Shown here piece by piece: positions 51,895 to 53,861 of a DNA stretch of 53,861 bases (positions within the stretch are counted from its first letter, which is position 1; each line of letters begins with the position of its first letter). A program made the translations under genes and the position numbers. The notes under the pieces were generated by a model that made no database searches, was not told the DNA's origin, and worked only from the letters and a program-made list of their open reading frames with translations. Source of the stretch: an uncultured Methanomassiliicoccales archaeon (GTDB lineage Archaea > Thermoplasmatota > Thermoplasmata > Methanomassiliicoccales > Methanomethylophilaceae); assembly GCA_964368015.1 (NCBI GenBank), contig CAYIZM010000001.1, positions 1-53,861 of the forward strand. Direction: 5' to 3'.

Positions 51895-52077
51895 ACTTCT
51901 GGAACGTCCGTCGTTATATTTACGGTTGCCTCAATAAATATTGTGATATAGATTGCATATTTAATTAAATAATAATGGCTGGGTCTATTGATCTCAATAT
52001 TTTTTAACGACGGTTTTTTATTTGACTTAAAAAAATAGATTGGAAAATAGTTATTATCCGAAACGCATCAGAGATTC

Positions 52078-52872
52078 ATGAAGATCGAGATGGACGTTGC
52101 CCTTGACCCTACTTTAGGCTGTAGTCAAGCACATAGATGGAAAAAGGACCAAGGTGTGTGGAAAGGTGTCATTGGCGATAACCTAGTGGAGTTAGTTCAA
52201 ACAGATAACGGATTTAACTTTAAGGGATGCGATAAAAATCTTATTCTAGATTATTTTCGTTCTCAAGACGATCTATCCTCGATAATGAAAGAGATATCTG
52301 AAAAGGACGAGTACGTAGCAAAATTAGCTGTAGCGTGTCCTGGACTGAGAATATTAAAACAGGATGTCTGGGAATGCACAGCAACGTATATCCTGGCGAC
52401 CAACGCCAACGTAAAACGTATTGCAAAAATGGTGGAATCCGTGTGCGACCTATACGGGACCGATCTTGGAGGCGTTAGATCTTTTCCTACACCCGAACAA
52501 ATACTTGACGGGTGCGAAAGCATAGGTGAATGTAAATTAGGATATCGAGAGGACCGGTTCGTAGAGTTCGCAAAAAATGTAGAAGCTGGCACATACGATC
52601 TTGAATCGTTTAAAGAACTAAATTACTTTGAGTGTGTTAAAGAGTTGAAAAAAATATATGGCGTCGGACCGAAGGTCGCAGATTGCGTGGCCATTTTCGC
52701 ATATGGTCATCTAGAATCATTTCCTGTTGACGCCCGGATCTCTAAAGTCATGAAGGATATTTATGGTATCGAAGGTAAATACGATAACGTATCAGATGCA
52801 GGACGTAAAATATTCGGAAGATATGCAGGATACGCACAAGAATTGCTGTATCACTCGGAGAACATTCTCTGA
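52078..52872 (+). CDS. ogg: 8-oxoguanine DNA glycosylase / AP lyase (HhH-GPD superfamily, Ogg type)
   Basis: HhH-GPD motif YGVGPKVADCVAIFAYG followed by FPVDARI (catalytic Lys/Asp context). Confidence 0.7.
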   Translation: MKIEMDVALDPTLGCSQAHRWKKDQGVWKGVIGDNLVELVQTDNGFNFKGCDKNLILDYFRSQDDLSSIMKEISEKDEYVAKLAVACPGLRILKQDVWECTATYILATNANVKRIAKMVESVCDLYGTDLGGVRSFPTPEQILDGCESIGECKLGYREDRFVEFAKNVEAGTYDLESFKELNYFECVKELKKIYGVGPKVADCVAIFAYGHLESFPVDARISKVMKDIYGIEGKYDNVSDAGRKIFGRYAGYAQELLYHSENIL

Positions 52873-53252
52873 TTGACTTCCTCGTTAGGCATAGCGCATT
52901 TAGGTGGACTGTAACCTGTATATTGTTGATATATCTCGGCTAACATTCCACAACTCTTTACTAAAATACACAAACGACACATCTCAGTAGCAAAATCAGC
53001 ATCATCTTCAGCGATCCGTCCAGATGATATTTTTATTTCATTGAGGAATTCGCCGTAGTGTTTACTATTCTGAATTATTTCGTTCTCTCCACGCTTTTTC
53101 TTAATATATTGTGATATTGCAGCATCGGTTACTTCGAATCTTCTTGCCACGTCAGCCTGCTTCAAACCATGGTTCATAACCAGATCTTTAGCCAACTCTC
53201 TACGAATTGTTGGCAATACATACCACACTACTATCTCGCATGGAATCTTCAT
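52851..53252 (-). CDS. HTH transcriptional regulator with a Cys-rich C-terminal part (COG2522-like)
   Basis: HTH segment LKQADVARRFEVTDAAISQYIKKKRG. The C-terminal Cys pattern is CRLC..SC..KC. It overlaps the 3' end of ogg by 22 nt. Confidence 0.55.
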   Translation of the reverse strand: MKIPCEIVVWYVLPTIRRELAKDLVMNHGLKQADVARRFEVTDAAISQYIKKKRGENEIIQNSKHYGEFLNEIKISSGRIAEDDADFATEMCRLCILVKSCGMLAEIYQQYTGYSPPKCAMPNEEVNQRMFSE

Positions 53253-53280
53253 AACTTAACAATAGTTCAATTGTTATAAA

Positions 53281-53861
53281 TCATTTACGCGTGAGGGCTC
53301 CAGGATTGGACTTTAGATAGAATTCTACGGCGTCCCAATCTTCCTCTTCTTTTACTTTATTCTGTTCCATCGTGACCCCTAGGGACCTTGCTGTGTCGCT
53401 TAGATACTTATACGCACGATCAGAACCTTCGAAATTGTCTACCTTAGATCCAGCATACGTAGTCCTGCCTGTGAAGGAACCTATTACGTCCGTACCACTT
53501 ATTACAGAAGAATTACTGTATCCTGATTCTTCCTTTATGTACGGCCTGATGAACACATGAAGGTTGTCCTGGGAATTAAGTATAAATGTGCCAGTGTGTA
53601 ACTTCTGCGTCTTTCCAACGTCTTCGGAAAGTATCCATATCACTGTTGGATCGTCTTTGACGAGGAAACCTTTCTTCAGATAACCTTCCTTCTCCAACAA
53701 TGCTAAGGTAGACCTAATTTCGGTCATACGCATTGGCATGAACCTTGACAGTTCCTCTGCTGATGACATCCCAAAGTCTGAGAAATGGTATCTGAATACT
53801 TCCATCACTGCCTCTTCCCTAGACATGTTAGGCATAGGGACGACTCTGAAGTAAGAGTCCG
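53281..53861 (-). CDS. Hypothetical wHTH-containing protein, possibly the C-terminal part of a larger protein (AlkZ/YcaQ-like or Lhr-CTD-like); the frame is open to the window edge
   Basis: The first ATG is at 53835, but no in-frame stop occurs between it and the window edge. A wHTH-like segment reads EIRSTLALLEKEGYLKKGF, and the tail reads VIGSFTGR... Confidence 0.35.
   Translation of the reverse strand, partial: DSYFRVVPMPNMSREEAVMEVFRYHFSDFGMSSAEELSRFMPMRMTEIRSTLALLEKEGYLKKGFLVKDDPTVIWILSEDVGKTQKLHTGTFILNSQDNLHVFIRPYIKEESGYSNSSVISGTDVIGSFTGRTTYAGSKVDNFEGSDRAYKYLSDTARSLGVTMEQNKVKEEEDWDAVEFYLKSNPGALTRK

Overview
This is a compact, roughly 90% coding chromosomal segment from a euryarchaeon. 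Gene content fits a Thermoplasmata or Methanomassiliicoccales-like lineage: unsplit rpoB, bacterial-type gyrBA, Cdc48 with an HbYX tail, an HdrD/GlpC-like Fe-S protein, hypB, and a TrxR lacking NADPH motifs. Almost all of it is core housekeeping. It holds the rpoH-rpoB-rpoA1-rpoA2-rpl30e-nusA operon, gatD-gatE, purD, purM, pyrF, thiC, truA, trm56, rlmE, elp3, trxA-trxB, cdc48, an Lhr-type helicase, base-excision repair genes (nfo, ogg), five tRNA genes (Lys, Asn, Met/CAU, Phe, Thr) and several small wHTH regulators. I found no rRNA, CRISPR array, transposase, integrase or recognisable defence system. Five things deserve a second look. (1) None of about 50 CDSs ends in TAG. (2) A 1863-aa ORF fuses an STT3/AglB-like membrane domain, with apparently degenerate catalytic motifs, to a very long beta-sandwich surface array, and is co-transcribed with a CARDB-like anchored protein. 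(3) An HdrD-like Fe-S protein carries a PEVK-like linker and a Vsr/DUF559-like C-terminal domain directly upstream of lhr. (4) Extra sequence flanks the RNAP A'/A'' split point (an acidic tail plus an (HhH)2-like head), and RpoB has a 4-Cys insertion. (5) Several SD-led small ORFs fall below the 60-aa cutoff of the ORF track. All functional calls rest on motifs read by eye; no database search was run.
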